Assembly: GCA_017642485.1 (NCBI GenBank)
Contig: JAGCPC010000116.1
Coordinates: 42,471 to 106,470, forward strand
Direction of reading: 5' to 3'
DNA: 64,000 nucleotides
Origin: Prevotella sp.
Lineage (GTDB): Bacteria; Bacteroidota; Bacteroidia; Bacteroidales; Bacteroidaceae
The position numbers and the translations under genes are program-made. The notes under the pieces were generated by a model. That model did not search any database and was not told the DNA's origin. It worked only from the letters and a program-made list of their open reading frames with translations. Shown in pieces: positions 31,001-40,582 of this stretch (position 1 is its first letter; each line of letters starts with the position of its first letter).

Positions 31001-31779
31001 CCGTTGAATGGCTCCACGGTGGTTGGGAAGTTGTGCGTCTCAGCCTTCAGCGAGATCACGCTCTCCACCTCCTTAATCTTATAGAGGTCTGGCTGTGAGT
31101 GGTCGCTTGGCGAGAACTGTTCTATCATCGGTCCCTGGGCAAACGCCACGTTGTCAGCGTATGCCGAGAGTATCTTATTGCGGTTCTCCTCTGTGGTCTT
31201 CTTAATCATCTTGAAGAGCGATGACTCCTGCTCCACACCGTCGATGATAAACGTACCACCGAAAATCTTGTGACGGCAGTGCTCTGAGTTTATCTGTGCA
31301 AAACCGAATATCTCTGAGTCGGTAAGCGGTCTGCCCAGCTGCTTCTCCACGTCGTGCAGGTAGGCTATCTCCTCCTTCGACAGTGCCAAGCCCTCCTGCT
31401 CGTTATACTCTTCAAGATCCTTGACGTGCTTTATTGGCTCCGGCTTAATATCGACGGTAAAGATATCCTGGTCCAGTACGTCATACATGCGTTGCAACAT
31501 GGGGTCATACTCTGCGTCGGCACTCTCTACGGGGAAATACTCCTCTATACGTGATATACCCTTGATAGACATATTTTGTGTTATCTCCACAGCATTGGTA
31601 CTCCACGGCGTTATCATCTCACGGCGTGGGCCTACGAAGAATCCACTCATTGTCTGTTCACTCATTGGTGTGGCATTATCATACAGCCAACACAGTTCCT
31701 GTACCTCCTGCTCACTGGGCTGATGGTCCATCTCTGTTGCGATGATGTGATCAGAAGGGGTCTTGAAGAAAAGAATCAT
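28000..31779 (-). CDS. purL: phosphoribosylformylglycinamidine synthase (large type)
   Basis: NSEHCRHKIF, ETHNFPT, GVCNGCQ, MPHPER. Confidence 0.97.
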   Translation of the reverse strand: MILFFKTPSDHIIATEMDHQPSEQEVQELCWLYDNATPMSEQTMSGFFVGPRREMITPWSTNAVEITQNMSIKGISRIEEYFPVESADAEYDPMLQRMYDVLDQDIFTVDIKPEPIKHVKDLEEYNEQEGLALSKEEIAYLHDVEKQLGRPLTDSEIFGFAQINSEHCRHKIFGGTFIIDGVEQESSLFKMIKKTTEENRNKILSAYADNVAFAQGPMIEQFSPSDHSQPDLYKIKEVESVISLKAETHNFPTTVEPFNGAATGTGGEIRDRMGGGTGSWPIAGTAVYMTSYPRKESTDNAWEKILPVRQWLYQTPEQILIKASNGASDFGNKFGQPLICGSVLTFEHQEKEEQYAYDKVIMLAGGVGYGIKRDCLKGKPEAGNKIVVMGGENYRIGLGGGSVSSVETGRYSSGIELNAVQRANPEMQKRAYNVVRALGEEDENPIVSIHDHGSAGHVNCLSELVEDCGGLIKMDKLPIGDKTLSAKEIIANESQERMGLLIDEKAIEHVQKIADRERAPMYTVGETTGDHRFAFEQADGVRPFDLSVDQMFGSSPKTIMEDKTVERKYEVATYDVSGLSTGNTMNDQVKEYLKNVLQLEAVACKDWLTNKVDRSVTGRVARQQCQGELQLPLSDCGVVALDYTGTKGIATSIGHAPQAALANPEAGSVLSVAEALTNIVFAPMAEGLDSVSLSANWMWPCRAQQGEDARLYKAVKALSDFCCELQINVPTGKDSLSMTQKYPDGKKIIAPGTVIVSAGGEVNDVKKTVSPVIKDVKASRLYYIDFSFDQLQLGGSAFAQTLGKVGSDVPTVKNPEYFRDAFLAIQQMVQEGLILAGHDISAGGIITTLLEMCFANTKGGLKLNFDKIQEGDIVKLLFAENPGVVIQIREEDAPKVKKILEDAGVGYAKIGTTQAERKITITKSISNANVPNALRAEREMTFDFDIDEMRDTWYSTSYLLDRKQSFNGKASERFLNYKNVPVEWEFGADADKTLTVTPRPEKKRPVAAIIREKGTNSEREMAYSFYMAGFDVKDVTMTDLITGRETMEEVNLIAFCGGFSNSDVLGSAKGWAGAFLYNPKAKESLDKFYARKDTLSLGVCNGCQLMVELGLLNNDHAVNNARDYAQMLHNDSHKFESTFVTLQIPQNDSVMFGSLSGKKIGCWVAHGEGKFNLPLAEEQYNIVAKYNHSEYPANPNGSAYNVAALASKDGRHLAIMPHPERTQFPWQCGYYPEERRLKDQVTPWHEAFVNARLWIEKNV

Positions 31780-31816
31780 ATTTTTATCTTGTTTATTAGA
31801 TTTTACAATTTCACCC

Positions 31817-31950
31817 ACAAAGTTACAATAAATAATTCATAATCCACAATTCATAATTCACAATTGCATCATAATTGCCATTTTTTAACAATGTAAAAGA
31901 AAAAACTATGCACTGTGAATTGTGAATTGTGAATTATTTTGTACCTTTGC
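31817..31950. promoter_or_regulatory. divergent purL/typA promoters separated by an inverted pair of 7-mer arrays
   Basis: TAACTTTG (minus, ~31818-31825) and TACCTTTG (plus, 31942-31949); AATTCA(C/T) array versus TGAATTG array. Confidence 0.7.
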
Positions 31951-31956
31951 ACATCA

Positions 31957-32015
31957 TTTCGAATCTTCGAACTTTTGAACTTTTGAACTTTTAAACTTTT
32001 GAACCATTTAACTTT
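31957..32015 (+). repeat. 8-mer TTTTGAAC array in the typA 5' UTR
   Basis: CTTCGAAC TTTTGAAC TTTTGAAC TTTTAAAC TTTTGAAC CATTTAAC. Confidence 0.88.
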
Positions 32016-32022
32016 ATCATAA

Positions 32023-33825
32023 ATGAATTTACGCAATATCGCCATCATTGCCCATGTGGACCACGGCAAGACCACTCTTGTCGATAAGATGATGCTTGCT
32101 GGCAAACTATTTCGCGAGGGTCAGAACAACTCTGACCAGGTACTTGACGCCAATGACCTTGAGCGCGAGCGAGGCATCACCATCCTTTCCAAGAACGTCT
32201 CCATCACATGGAAGGATACCAAGATCAACATCATCGACACCCCAGGACACTCCGACTTCGGTGGCGAGGTGGAGCGTGTGCTCAATATGGCTGACGGTTG
32301 CATACTGCTCGTTGATGCCTTCGAGGGTCCTATGCCCCAGACCCGCTTCGTCTTGCAGAAGGCACTGCAGATAGGCCTGAAACCCATCGTGGTAGTCAAC
32401 AAAGTTGACAAACCCAACTGTCGTCCCGAGGAGGTTTACGAAATGGTGTTCGACCTCATGTTCGACCTCGGAGCCACCGAGGACCAACTCGACTTCCCCG
32501 TCATCTATGGCTCTGCCAAAAACGGTTGGATGGCTGAAGACTGGAAGCAGCCCACTGACAACATAGAATATCTTCTCGACAAAATTATAGAGGTCATCCC
32601 TGCCCCAGAGGTGCAGGAGGGTACGCCGCAGATGCTCATCACCTCACTCGACTACTCATCATACACTGGCCGCATAGCCGTAGGACGCATACACCGTGGC
32701 TCACTCCGCGAGGGTATGAATATCACCATCGCTCATCGTGACGGCTCTATGGAGAAGACCAAGATTAAGGAACTACACACCTTCAGCGGCATGGGTCACC
32801 AGAAGGTCAGCGAGGTACAGAGTGGCGATATATGTGCCATCATCGGACTGGAGAAATTCGAGATTGGCGACACCATCTGTGACTTTGAGAATCCTGAACC
32901 TATGGAGCCTATAGCGATAGATGAGCCAACAATGTCTATGTTGTTCACTATCAATGACTCACCATTCTTTGGCAAAGAAGGTAAATTTGTTACCTCACGC
33001 CACATAAACGACCGTCTTGAGCGTGAACTTGAGAAGAACCTCGCCCTGCGTGTAGAACCCTTTGAGGACTCCACCGATAAGTGGATTGTCTCAGGTCGTG
33101 GCGTGCTCCACCTCTCTGTGCTCATCGAGACCATGCGTCGCGAGGGCTACGAGCTCCAGGTAGGTCAGCCACAGGTGATATATAAGGAGATAAACGGCGA
33201 GAAGTGCGAACCTATCGAAGAACTCACCATCAACGTACCAGAGGAGTTCTCATCCAAGATGATTGACATGGTGACACGCCGCAAGGGCGAGATGACGTCC
33301 ATGGACTCACAGGGCGACCGTATCAACATCGAGTTTGACATTCCCTCACGAGGCATCATCGGACTGCGTACCAATGTGCTCACCGCCTCACAGGGTGAAG
33401 CCATCATGGCGCACCGTTTCAAGGAGTACCAGCCCTACAAGGGTGAGATCACGCGCCGTCTTAACGGTTCCATGATAGCTCTTGAGACAGGCAACGCCTT
33501 CGCTTACTCCATCGACAAACTGCAGGATCGTGGTAAGTTCTTCATCGACCCAGGCGACGACGTCTATGGCGGGCAGGTAGTAGGTGAACACGTTCATGAT
33601 AACGACCTCGTCATCAATGTCACCAAGGCGAAGCAGCTCACCAATGTCCGTGCCTCAGGTTCCGACGAGAAGGCTCGCATCATCCCCAAGACCGTACTCT
33701 CGCTCGAGGAGTGCTTAGAGTATATCAAGGCTGATGAACTCGTTGAGGTTACGCCAAAGTCTATGCGTATGCGCAAAATAATCCTTGACCACCTCGAGCG
33801 CAAGCGTGCCAACAGAGAAGATTGA
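32023..33825 (+). CDS. typA: translational GTPase TypA/BipA
   Basis: [43 protein letters not shown]. Confidence 0.97.
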   Translation: MNLRNIAIIAHVDHGKTTLVDKMMLAGKLFREGQNNSDQVLDANDLERERGITILSKNVSITWKDTKINIIDTPGHSDFGGEVERVLNMADGCILLVDAFEGPMPQTRFVLQKALQIGLKPIVVVNKVDKPNCRPEEVYEMVFDLMFDLGATEDQLDFPVIYGSAKNGWMAEDWKQPTDNIEYLLDKIIEVIPAPEVQEGTPQMLITSLDYSSYTGRIAVGRIHRGSLREGMNITIAHRDGSMEKTKIKELHTFSGMGHQKVSEVQSGDICAIIGLEKFEIGDTICDFENPEPMEPIAIDEPTMSMLFTINDSPFFGKEGKFVTSRHINDRLERELEKNLALRVEPFEDSTDKWIVSGRGVLHLSVLIETMRREGYELQVGQPQVIYKEINGEKCEPIEELTINVPEEFSSKMIDMVTRRKGEMTSMDSQGDRINIEFDIPSRGIIGLRTNVLTASQGEAIMAHRFKEYQPYKGEITRRLNGSMIALETGNAFAYSIDKLQDRGKFFIDPGDDVYGGQVVGEHVHDNDLVINVTKAKQLTNVRASGSDEKARIIPKTVLSLEECLEYIKADELVEVTPKSMRMRKIILDHLERKRANRED

Positions 33826-34433
33826 ACTACCTCCTTGAAATACTCGAGTTTCTCGGTACTTTTGCCTTCGCCATCTCAGGCATCAGGCATGCCGCTGCCA
33901 AACATTTCGACTGGTTTGGCGCCTTTATCTGTGGCATCGCAGTAGCCATCGGCGGAGGCACCATTCGTGACGTGCTACTTGGTGTCACCCCCTTTTGGAT
34001 GACCAATTCCATTTACATCCTCTGTACCATCCTGGCACAGGCCTTCGTCATCATCTTCGGTAGGTATATGAAGCGCCTCGACAATGCGTGGTTTGTCTTC
34101 GACACCCTCGGCTTGGCGCTCTTCACCATAGCCGGTATGCAAAAGACTCTCGATATGCACCACCCCTTCTGGGTGGCCATCATCATGGGCACCATCACAG
34201 GTGCAGCAGGTGGAGTGATACGTGACGTACTGCTCAACAACGTTCCCGTCATCTTCCAGAAGGAGATCTATGCTATGGCGAGCATAGCAGGAGGATGCCT
34301 CTACTGGCTACTGCTCACCCTCGGAGTCGATGTCGCAGCCTCTGCCACTGCCACCTTCTTCCTCATAGTCTTAGTGCGCTTTCTCGCAGTACGCTACCAC
34401 ATCTCCCTACCCCAACTTCACTTGAAGGAATAA
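33822..34433 (+). CDS. trimeric intracellular cation channel (TRIC/YadS) family protein
   Basis: GGGTIRDVLLG and GGVIRDVLL duplicated halves. Confidence 0.9.
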   Translation: MNYLLEILEFLGTFAFAISGIRHAAAKHFDWFGAFICGIAVAIGGGTIRDVLLGVTPFWMTNSIYILCTILAQAFVIIFGRYMKRLDNAWFVFDTLGLALFTIAGMQKTLDMHHPFWVAIIMGTITGAAGGVIRDVLLNNVPVIFQKEIYAMASIAGGCLYWLLLTLGVDVAASATATFFLIVLVRFLAVRYHISLPQLHLKE

Positions 34434-34470
34434 CTCCCCCCGTTTTTTTTCATTCCCCCTCCTCCCACCT

Positions 34471-35517
34471 ATGATGTACGCAAACATTCTCTCAGCCTTC
34501 TTTATTGGTGTACTGACCGCCTTCTTCACCATCATTTCCATCATCATATTGTTTTTTCGCAAGGAGCGCACCCGTTTTCAGCGAGTGCTGGGCTACATCA
34601 TGGCTGTATGGGCAGTATGGAGTTTTAAGGATATTATAATTATCCTCCCCAATATGTACGATGAGCAGGTGCTCAGGTGGATATTGTTAGTTGACGGCTG
34701 GTCGGCACTCACCTTCACTGTCTTTATCTTCGAGGCTACACTACCTGGGTGGACCACCCTTCGTCGCCTTACCCTCCTCTCCCTGCCATTCCTTGGTTTC
34801 ACCGTGTGGTATGCTGTCCAGCCACAACCGTTGGTTATCATCAGCTACATCGCTTTCTTATGGTGCTATGCGTGGCTCATCGTCACCATTGGCTACTTCA
34901 AGTTCAGGCGATACATCCGTCATATACGCAGCAACTACTCAAACCTTGAGGGCATCAACCTCAGCTGGCTCAAACCCGTATTCTTCTTTGCCATATTCAG
35001 TCAGCTGGCGTGGCTTTTCACTTCCCTCTATGCTACCGTCTTCACTGATGTAGTTTATTACCTCATCACCCTCCTCATGTGGCTCGTGGTACTGCATTAT
35101 AGTTGGCATTACAAACCCATTACCATTCCTGATGACGACACCCAGGAGTCCTCTCCCATTACCACCAAGAAGGTTGCCTTCAATATGCCTCGCGAGGTCT
35201 TTATCGCCAAACTGATGGAGCATGAACTCTACCTCGACAAGGACCTTACCCTTACTGCCCTTGCCGATGCCCTGCAGACCAATCGCACCTACCTCAGCCA
35301 GTATCTCAGCGGCGTGTGCCACCAGACCTTCTACGACTGCATCAACGAACTACGCATACAGAAAAAGAGCATACCCCTGATGCATGAGCATCCAGAATAT
35401 ACTCTTGATTATATAGCAGCGGAAAGCGGATTCTGTAGCATCTCCACCTTCCGCAGAGCCTTTCATAAGTTTACGGGCACTACGCCCAGTCAGTTTATTC
35501 TCCAGCAACAGCCTTAG
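34471..35517 (+). CDS. membrane-anchored AraC-family regulator
   Basis: About 7 hydrophobic segments, then LTLTALADALQTNRTYLS...IAAESGF..ISTFRRAF. Confidence 0.88.
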   Translation: MMYANILSAFFIGVLTAFFTIISIIILFFRKERTRFQRVLGYIMAVWAVWSFKDIIIILPNMYDEQVLRWILLVDGWSALTFTVFIFEATLPGWTTLRRLTLLSLPFLGFTVWYAVQPQPLVIISYIAFLWCYAWLIVTIGYFKFRRYIRHIRSNYSNLEGINLSWLKPVFFFAIFSQLAWLFTSLYATVFTDVVYYLITLLMWLVVLHYSWHYKPITIPDDDTQESSPITTKKVAFNMPREVFIAKLMEHELYLDKDLTLTALADALQTNRTYLSQYLSGVCHQTFYDCINELRIQKKSIPLMHEHPEYTLDYIAAESGFCSISTFRRAFHKFTGTTPSQFILQQQP

Positions 35518-36259
35518 CAGCCTCCAGCTCCTCAGCCTTCTTGTCTGCTTCGAGTTGTTCCTTCAGTTGTTTGTAGGCATCGGTGGTGCAGTCCATGCAA
35601 ACAAACTTAGCCAGCTTAGCCCAGCGCTTCATCTCGTTGGTACAGTAGCCGCGAGCACTTGTACTGCCTACTGAAACGAAAGCATTAACTACAAACTTCT
35701 TACCTTCATTGTAGTCGCCCAACGAAGTCTGACCATCCTCCTTGTACCACATACCGCCTCTGCTAGTGCTAATAGCCTTGCCATCAGTGTCGATAGGAAT
35801 CATATACAGATTTGGGAAGTTCTCATACGTCATGGTCTTAGTCAGCGTACCGCTTCCTATGGCAAATATGCTGCCCTTGTTCTTAGAGGATATCTTCAGC
35901 GCACCGTCAAACTTCACAGGCACGCCGTCCTGAACCTCCACAGGTATCTCCTTACCATCGAGTTCTTCTCTTATCAAGAGGAACTTAGCATCGCGCTCCT
36001 TCTGTGTCTCGTCAAACTCTGCACGTGCCTGCTTCATTTCCTCCTCAGTTATCTGACCAGAGAACATTTTATTTCTCAGGTCAACAAGCTTGTTACAGTA
36101 CTTAGCCGTCAGCATAGGCAGTTCGCCCAGCAGTCCGTCGGTAGGTATGTCAGCAGCCTCGCCTTCAGCGCCACCGCCTCCACCGCAACTTGTCTGTCCG
36201 AAACCCGCAAAAGCCACCACTGCAGCCATAGCTGCCAGCTTGATCATTGTCTTTTTCAA
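35495..36259 (-). CDS. hypothetical lipoprotein
   Basis: Signal peptide ending QTSC followed by GGGGG linker. Confidence 0.75.
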   Translation of the reverse strand: MKKTMIKLAAMAAVVAFAGFGQTSCGGGGGAEGEAADIPTDGLLGELPMLTAKYCNKLVDLRNKMFSGQITEEEMKQARAEFDETQKERDAKFLLIREELDGKEIPVEVQDGVPVKFDGALKISSKNKGSIFAIGSGTLTKTMTYENFPNLYMIPIDTDGKAISTSRGGMWYKEDGQTSLGDYNEGKKFVVNAFVSVGSTSARGYCTNEMKRWAKLAKFVCMDCTTDAYKQLKEQLEADKKAEELEAAKAVAGE

Positions 36260-36288
36260 AATGATTCTTCTTTTAGTTTTAGTATTGG

Positions 36289-37641
36289 TTAATATTTAGA
36301 TTCCCTGTTATCAACAGGTTTTGCTACTGGAATACTTTTTAAGTCATCGCAGTCACCATTAGACCACCATAAAACAAGCTGTACGCTCGGCTTTTCGAGC
36401 ACTGCACCAAGAGGTTTAGCTCCATTAGCATGCTTGGCGTAGTAATCCTCTACGTCGTAAGTCCTTTTCTCTGCATTCCACGTTAAGTCGTATGAATACG
36501 GATCCCATAAAGCATAGCGGTGATAAAACACGTTTATCATAGTTGGCATACTGCGTTTCTTTTGGTTGGCAAGCATTTTGGCGTAGTTTATTATTCCGTC
36601 TATCGTATTAAGGTCAAGAGATCCGTCAGGCACCTCTATTATCTCCTCGCCTTTCTCTTCGCTCTCAGATTTTCCCTTATCAGATTCTTTCACACCAGAC
36701 TTTCCCTTATCAGATTCTTTCACACCAGACTTTCCCTTATCAGGGCTTTTTACATCAGTTTTTCCATTATCAGGGCTTTTTACGCCAGGCTTTCCCTTAT
36801 CAGGGCTTTTTACATCAGGTTTTCCATTCTGTGAAGCGTATATTTTGTTTACAGCATCAGCCGCATCTTTCATACTCACGCCATTTGCCAGTAGAGTATT
36901 AGTCAGTGAAATGCGCCACTTCTCCTCCGTGCTGTTACTATTCCTCTGCTTACTGTGTTTATCCATCTGGTACTTATATACCAGGTCGCTCACAGCCTGA
37001 GTCCAGTCCTTATAGTTCTCAAATATGGAACTCTTTACCATATCCGTCAAGTAGCTTATTGGGTTCACCTCCAAGTTTGCCACATTATTCAGTGCCTCCA
37101 GCGTACTTATAGGTATTATGGGGTTCTCGGTTTGTTTCGCTGCATTGAGTGCTTCCTGAAAACATGCGCCGATAGGGTTATCCAGTTTTTCGGTAATAAG
37201 GTCAACCACACCTCCTATCATCTTCGCCCCTCCGTTAGCCAGAAACTGGTCAGCCTTGTCTATGAGCGATGGATTTTGGTTAAACTTCTTGTACTCGGCA
37301 CGATAGTCTATCACTCCCTGTGAGTCAAGTGCCACATTCGAAGTCTTCGTCTGTCCATTCACGGTCTGGGTCACTTTCACTGACCTCGTACCAGCATACT
37401 GCAAGTACACAGTAGCCAGACTGTTGGTTATCTCTGTCGGCATACCATTGCCATTCACCCTTATGGTAGTCTGGTCCTTTCCCGTGTAGGTGATAGTTTC
37501 CACCGTGTTACCATAACCATAGTGCACCATAGTAAGTGAATTATTACTCTTGTCAAACGCCACCTCATTGTGTGGTTTCTGAGCTACCGTCACGCTGCAT
37601 ATTAACAACATACACGCGACTACCAAGCCTTTCTTTTTCAT
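36289..37641 (-). CDS. secreted hypothetical protein with decapeptide repeat linker
   Basis: Signal peptide ...VTVA-Q; GK(P/S/T)(D/G)VK(S/E)(P/S)D(K/N) about 5 times. Confidence 0.8.
   Translation of the reverse strand: MKKKGLVVACMLLICSVTVAQKPHNEVAFDKSNNSLTMVHYGYGNTVETITYTGKDQTTIRVNGNGMPTEITNSLATVYLQYAGTRSVKVTQTVNGQTKTSNVALDSQGVIDYRAEYKKFNQNPSLIDKADQFLANGGAKMIGGVVDLITEKLDNPIGACFQEALNAAKQTENPIIPISTLEALNNVANLEVNPISYLTDMVKSSIFENYKDWTQAVSDLVYKYQMDKHSKQRNSNSTEEKWRISLTNTLLANGVSMKDAADAVNKIYASQNGKPDVKSPDKGKPGVKSPDNGKTDVKSPDKGKSGVKESDKGKSGVKESDKGKSESEEKGEEIIEVPDGSLDLNTIDGIINYAKMLANQKKRSMPTMINVFYHRYALWDPYSYDLTWNAEKRTYDVEDYYAKHANGAKPLGAVLEKPSVQLVLWWSNGDCDDLKSIPVAKPVDNRESKY
36666..36828 (-). repeat. 30-bp intragenic tandem repeat (about 5.5 units)
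   Basis: TTTCCCTTATCAG(ATT/GG)CTTT... recurring every 30 nt. Confidence 0.9.
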
Positions 37642-37769
37642 AAGTCCTTTTTATTCGAAGTTAACTAAAATCTAGTCGCAAAGATAAGACAAATCTCCGA
37701 AAAACCTTCAATTTCCTACCATCGTTCATCGTTCATACAAACAATTTCAATGCGTCAAACAAACAAAAT

Positions 37770-37796
37770 GGTGGAATAGATAAGCCCTATTCCACC
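37770..37796 (-). terminator. terminator-like hairpin
   Basis: GGTGGAATAG...CTATTCCACC followed by a T-rich run on the minus strand. Confidence 0.7.
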
Positions 37797-37806
37797 TGCA
37801 TAATCT

Positions 37807-38172
37807 CTAATTTCCCATCAGTTTCTGCTTGTACTCGTCAAGTTTCTCTTCTACGGCCTTCACACGAGCCTTTTGATCGTCATTACGCTTAAACTCAGTC
37901 TTGATGAGAGCCTCAGAGATGGGCACCACATTCTCCTGAAGCTTCATGATTTCGTCGAAGATATCCTCCCCAGCCTCCGACCTCTTCATCAGGTCCTCAT
38001 ACTTCACGAGATAGTCCTCGTATGCCTTTACGGCATTCTCCGTCTCCTCGTCAACCTCAGCAGTAGCTTCCGTACCCTCGCCGTCTGACGATGCATTACT
38101 CTTGCTGCCTCCGCATGATGTCAGTGACATACCGAGGAACAGTGCAAACACAAAATAAAAAATCTTTTTCAT
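37807..38172 (-). CDS. small helical lipoprotein (possibly DUF6591-like)
   Basis: Lipobox LTSC; YEDYLVKYEDLMKR...QKARVKAV. Confidence 0.75.
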   Translation of the reverse strand: MKKIFYFVFALFLGMSLTSCGGSKSNASSDGEGTEATAEVDEETENAVKAYEDYLVKYEDLMKRSEAGEDIFDEIMKLQENVVPISEALIKTEFKRNDDQKARVKAVEEKLDEYKQKLMGN

Positions 38173-38328
38173 AGGTTTTGGGGGTTAATAGGTTTTAGTT
38201 TTAGTTATTGTTTCATGACAACACAGTAGTCACCGCAAAGGTATATATTTTTGCTGATATCTGCAAGAATGACCATAATATTTTTCTTCGGCGAGAAAAG
38301 CATTTTGTCTTAGCCATACTTTATTTTG

Positions 38329-38742
38329 TCAGAAAAGGTGAAAGAAGAACAACACTGCTGCAGACTTTGTATTGATGCCACTTGCTGTACCAATTCTCAC
38401 ATTGTTATTATTGCGCACTGTTCCATCAGAGCTGATGGTTCCAAGACGCATATTGTTGTTGTCGCGCACTACGCCATCGGAGCTTACTGTACCCAGTCGC
38501 ATATTACTTTTGTCTCTGATGGTTCCATCTTTCTCTATAGTGCCAAGCCTCATGTTGTTACTGTTCCTGATGGTTCCATCTTCAAAGATTTGCCCAACTT
38601 TCATATTGTTGGCATTACGTATTGTGCCGTCTGACTCCACTTTGCCTATCAGCATATTGTTATTGTCGCGAAAAGACTGGGAATATCCAGAGTTTGCCAC
38701 GAACAGAAACGTTACTAACGCTATAATCAATCTATACATCAT
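38329..38742 (-). CDS. secreted beta-hairpin repeat protein (beta-flower-like)
   Basis: Six ~17-aa repeats DGT(I/V)RxxxNMRLGT(I/V); hydrophobic C-terminal segment. Confidence 0.75.
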   Translation of the reverse strand: MMYRLIIALVTFLFVANSGYSQSFRDNNNMLIGKVESDGTIRNANNMKVGQIFEDGTIRNSNNMRLGTIEKDGTIRDKSNMRLGTVSSDGVVRDNNNMRLGTISSDGTVRNNNNVRIGTASGINTKSAAVLFFFHLF

Positions 38743-38902
38743 GTTGCAAAATTACAAATTATTTCTGGTAATAACAAGACTAAATCTGCATACTTTTATT
38801 TTTTATGTTCCAAGTAAGACTGTTCAAGGTGAATATCCTTTCAACACAAAATCCTTATTATCGTTCTCGTAAAATGTCGCAGAAAAAAAGTTTTCGAACG
38901 AG

Positions 38903-39352
38903 AAACCTCCTAACCTCACTATTGAGGCCTTAAGCCCCGTGAATACTGGGCTGAGGCGAGTGACCTCTTTTTGAGATAGGTCATATAGAGGTCACTTGAC
39001 ACTTCACTTTTTACAGTTGACAGTTGACGTTCTATTTAAATAGAAAGGCTGAGTAACACATTGTTAGAGAAACAAGATTTTAGCTTTCACTTTGATTTTT
39101 CGTACTGCCATTTCCTTGCGATTTTTGCAATCAAACGACAAACGGGTTGCAAATTCACGATTCTCGTGCGTTTCGTAATCGGTTGATTGTCAAGACTTAA
39201 GAAATTACTAAGCAATTTTTGCACTCCAAAAGTGCAGAAAAAGCCTTGAAACAGCTATGCTTTTGCCTTATAAAAGCATAGCTTTAAGGGGATAAACCCT
39301 ATGCTTTGAGGTGACAAACTCTATGCTTTAAGGTCAGAGAGGCTATAATTAA
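38903..39352. repeat. non-coding hairpin-rich region with a 22-bp periodic array
   Basis: AGTGACCTCT/AGAGGTCACT inverted repeat; CTATGCTTT-type cores at 39255, 39277, 39299, 39321, 39343. Confidence 0.65.
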
Positions 39353-39583
39353 CCTCAAAAGAAGCAAAAACAGAGGTTTGCAAACTCTATTTCTAACTTT
39401 TTTCAAGACATTTTCGGAATGACACTTTGTCACAAAAAGAGGGTGGTTTCTTACAATGTGTAAAAAGAAACGGGGAATTATAATATCGCAAACATTTCCC
39501 GAATTGATTTGGTAGTTCGGGATTTTTTGTGTACCTTTGCACCCTATATAAATAAGGTATAAAGTATAAAGTAAGAAAGAAAT

Positions 39584-40435
39584 ATGTTAAGAATTGCAGT
39601 ACAGTCAAAAGGACGTCTTTATGAAGACACGATGGACCTGCTCAAGGAGACGGGTATCAAGATAAACAAGGCAAGCAGAATGCTGCTTGTCCAGTCAAGC
39701 AACTTCCCTATCGAGGTGCTCTACATGCGCGATGACGACATACCGGAGTGTGTGGCAAGCGGTGTGGCTGACATCGGCATAGTAGGCGAAAACGAGTTTG
39801 TGGAGCGTAATGTGGATGCAAACATCGTGAAGAGGCTTGGATTCTCCAAGTGCCGCATATCGCTCGCCATACCTGAGGCGATAGAATATACTGGGGTGAA
39901 ATGGTTTGACGGCAAGAAGATAGCTACCTCCTACCCTAACATACTGAAGAAATATGCCGAGGAACAGGGCATCAACATCGATGTGCACGTGATACAGGGT
40001 TCGGTGGAGATAGCTCCAAGCATAGGTCTGTCTGACGGTATATTCGACATAGTGTCATCGGGCTCTACGCTGGTGAGCAACAAACTGCGCGAGGTGGAGG
40101 TCGTGATGAAGAGCGAGGCGCTGCTCATAGGCAACAAGGAACTGTCACCCGAGAAGCAGCAGACGCTGGACGAGTTCCTCTTCCGAATACAGTCTGTGCT
40201 GGTGGCTGATGACAAGAAGTACGTGCTGATGAACGCTCCCACGGAGAAGGTGAAAGACATCTGCGCGATACTGCCAGGCATCAAGTCGCCCACCATACTG
40301 CCTCTTGCCACCGAGGGGTGGACAAGCATCCACACCGTGGTGGATCAGAAGCACTTCTGGGAGATAGTGGGTCAGCTGAAGGCTGCTGGCGCTGAGGGCA
40401 TACTCGTATTGCCAATTGAGAAAATGATACTATAA
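39584..40435 (+). CDS. hisG: ATP phosphoribosyltransferase (long form)
   Basis: MLRIAVQSKGRL, GSVEIAP, DIVSSGSTL. Confidence 0.96.
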   Translation: MLRIAVQSKGRLYEDTMDLLKETGIKINKASRMLLVQSSNFPIEVLYMRDDDIPECVASGVADIGIVGENEFVERNVDANIVKRLGFSKCRISLAIPEAIEYTGVKWFDGKKIATSYPNILKKYAEEQGINIDVHVIQGSVEIAPSIGLSDGIFDIVSSGSTLVSNKLREVEVVMKSEALLIGNKELSPEKQQTLDEFLFRIQSVLVADDKKYVLMNAPTEKVKDICAILPGIKSPTILPLATEGWTSIHTVVDQKHFWEIVGQLKAAGAEGILVLPIEKMIL

Positions 40436-40573
40436 AGCCCCCCTCCAGCTCCCCCCTTCAGGGGGAGAGAACAAAAACGAAACGCTTCGCTACGAAAACG
40501 AAGACGAAAACTATAGGAACTATAGAAACTATAGAAAACTATAGGTACTATAGGTACTATAGGAACTATAACC
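40436..40573 (+). repeat. composite junction: C/G-rich REP-like unit, AACGAA 6-mers, then ACTATAGNN 9-mer array (7 units)
   Basis: Directly visible between the hisG stop and hisD start. Confidence 0.88.
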
Positions 40574-40582
40574 AAAGAAAAA

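Noticed and set aside
39393-39583. His attenuator leader peptide
   Set aside because: No His-codon run or terminator/antiterminator between the -7 box (~39532) and hisG.
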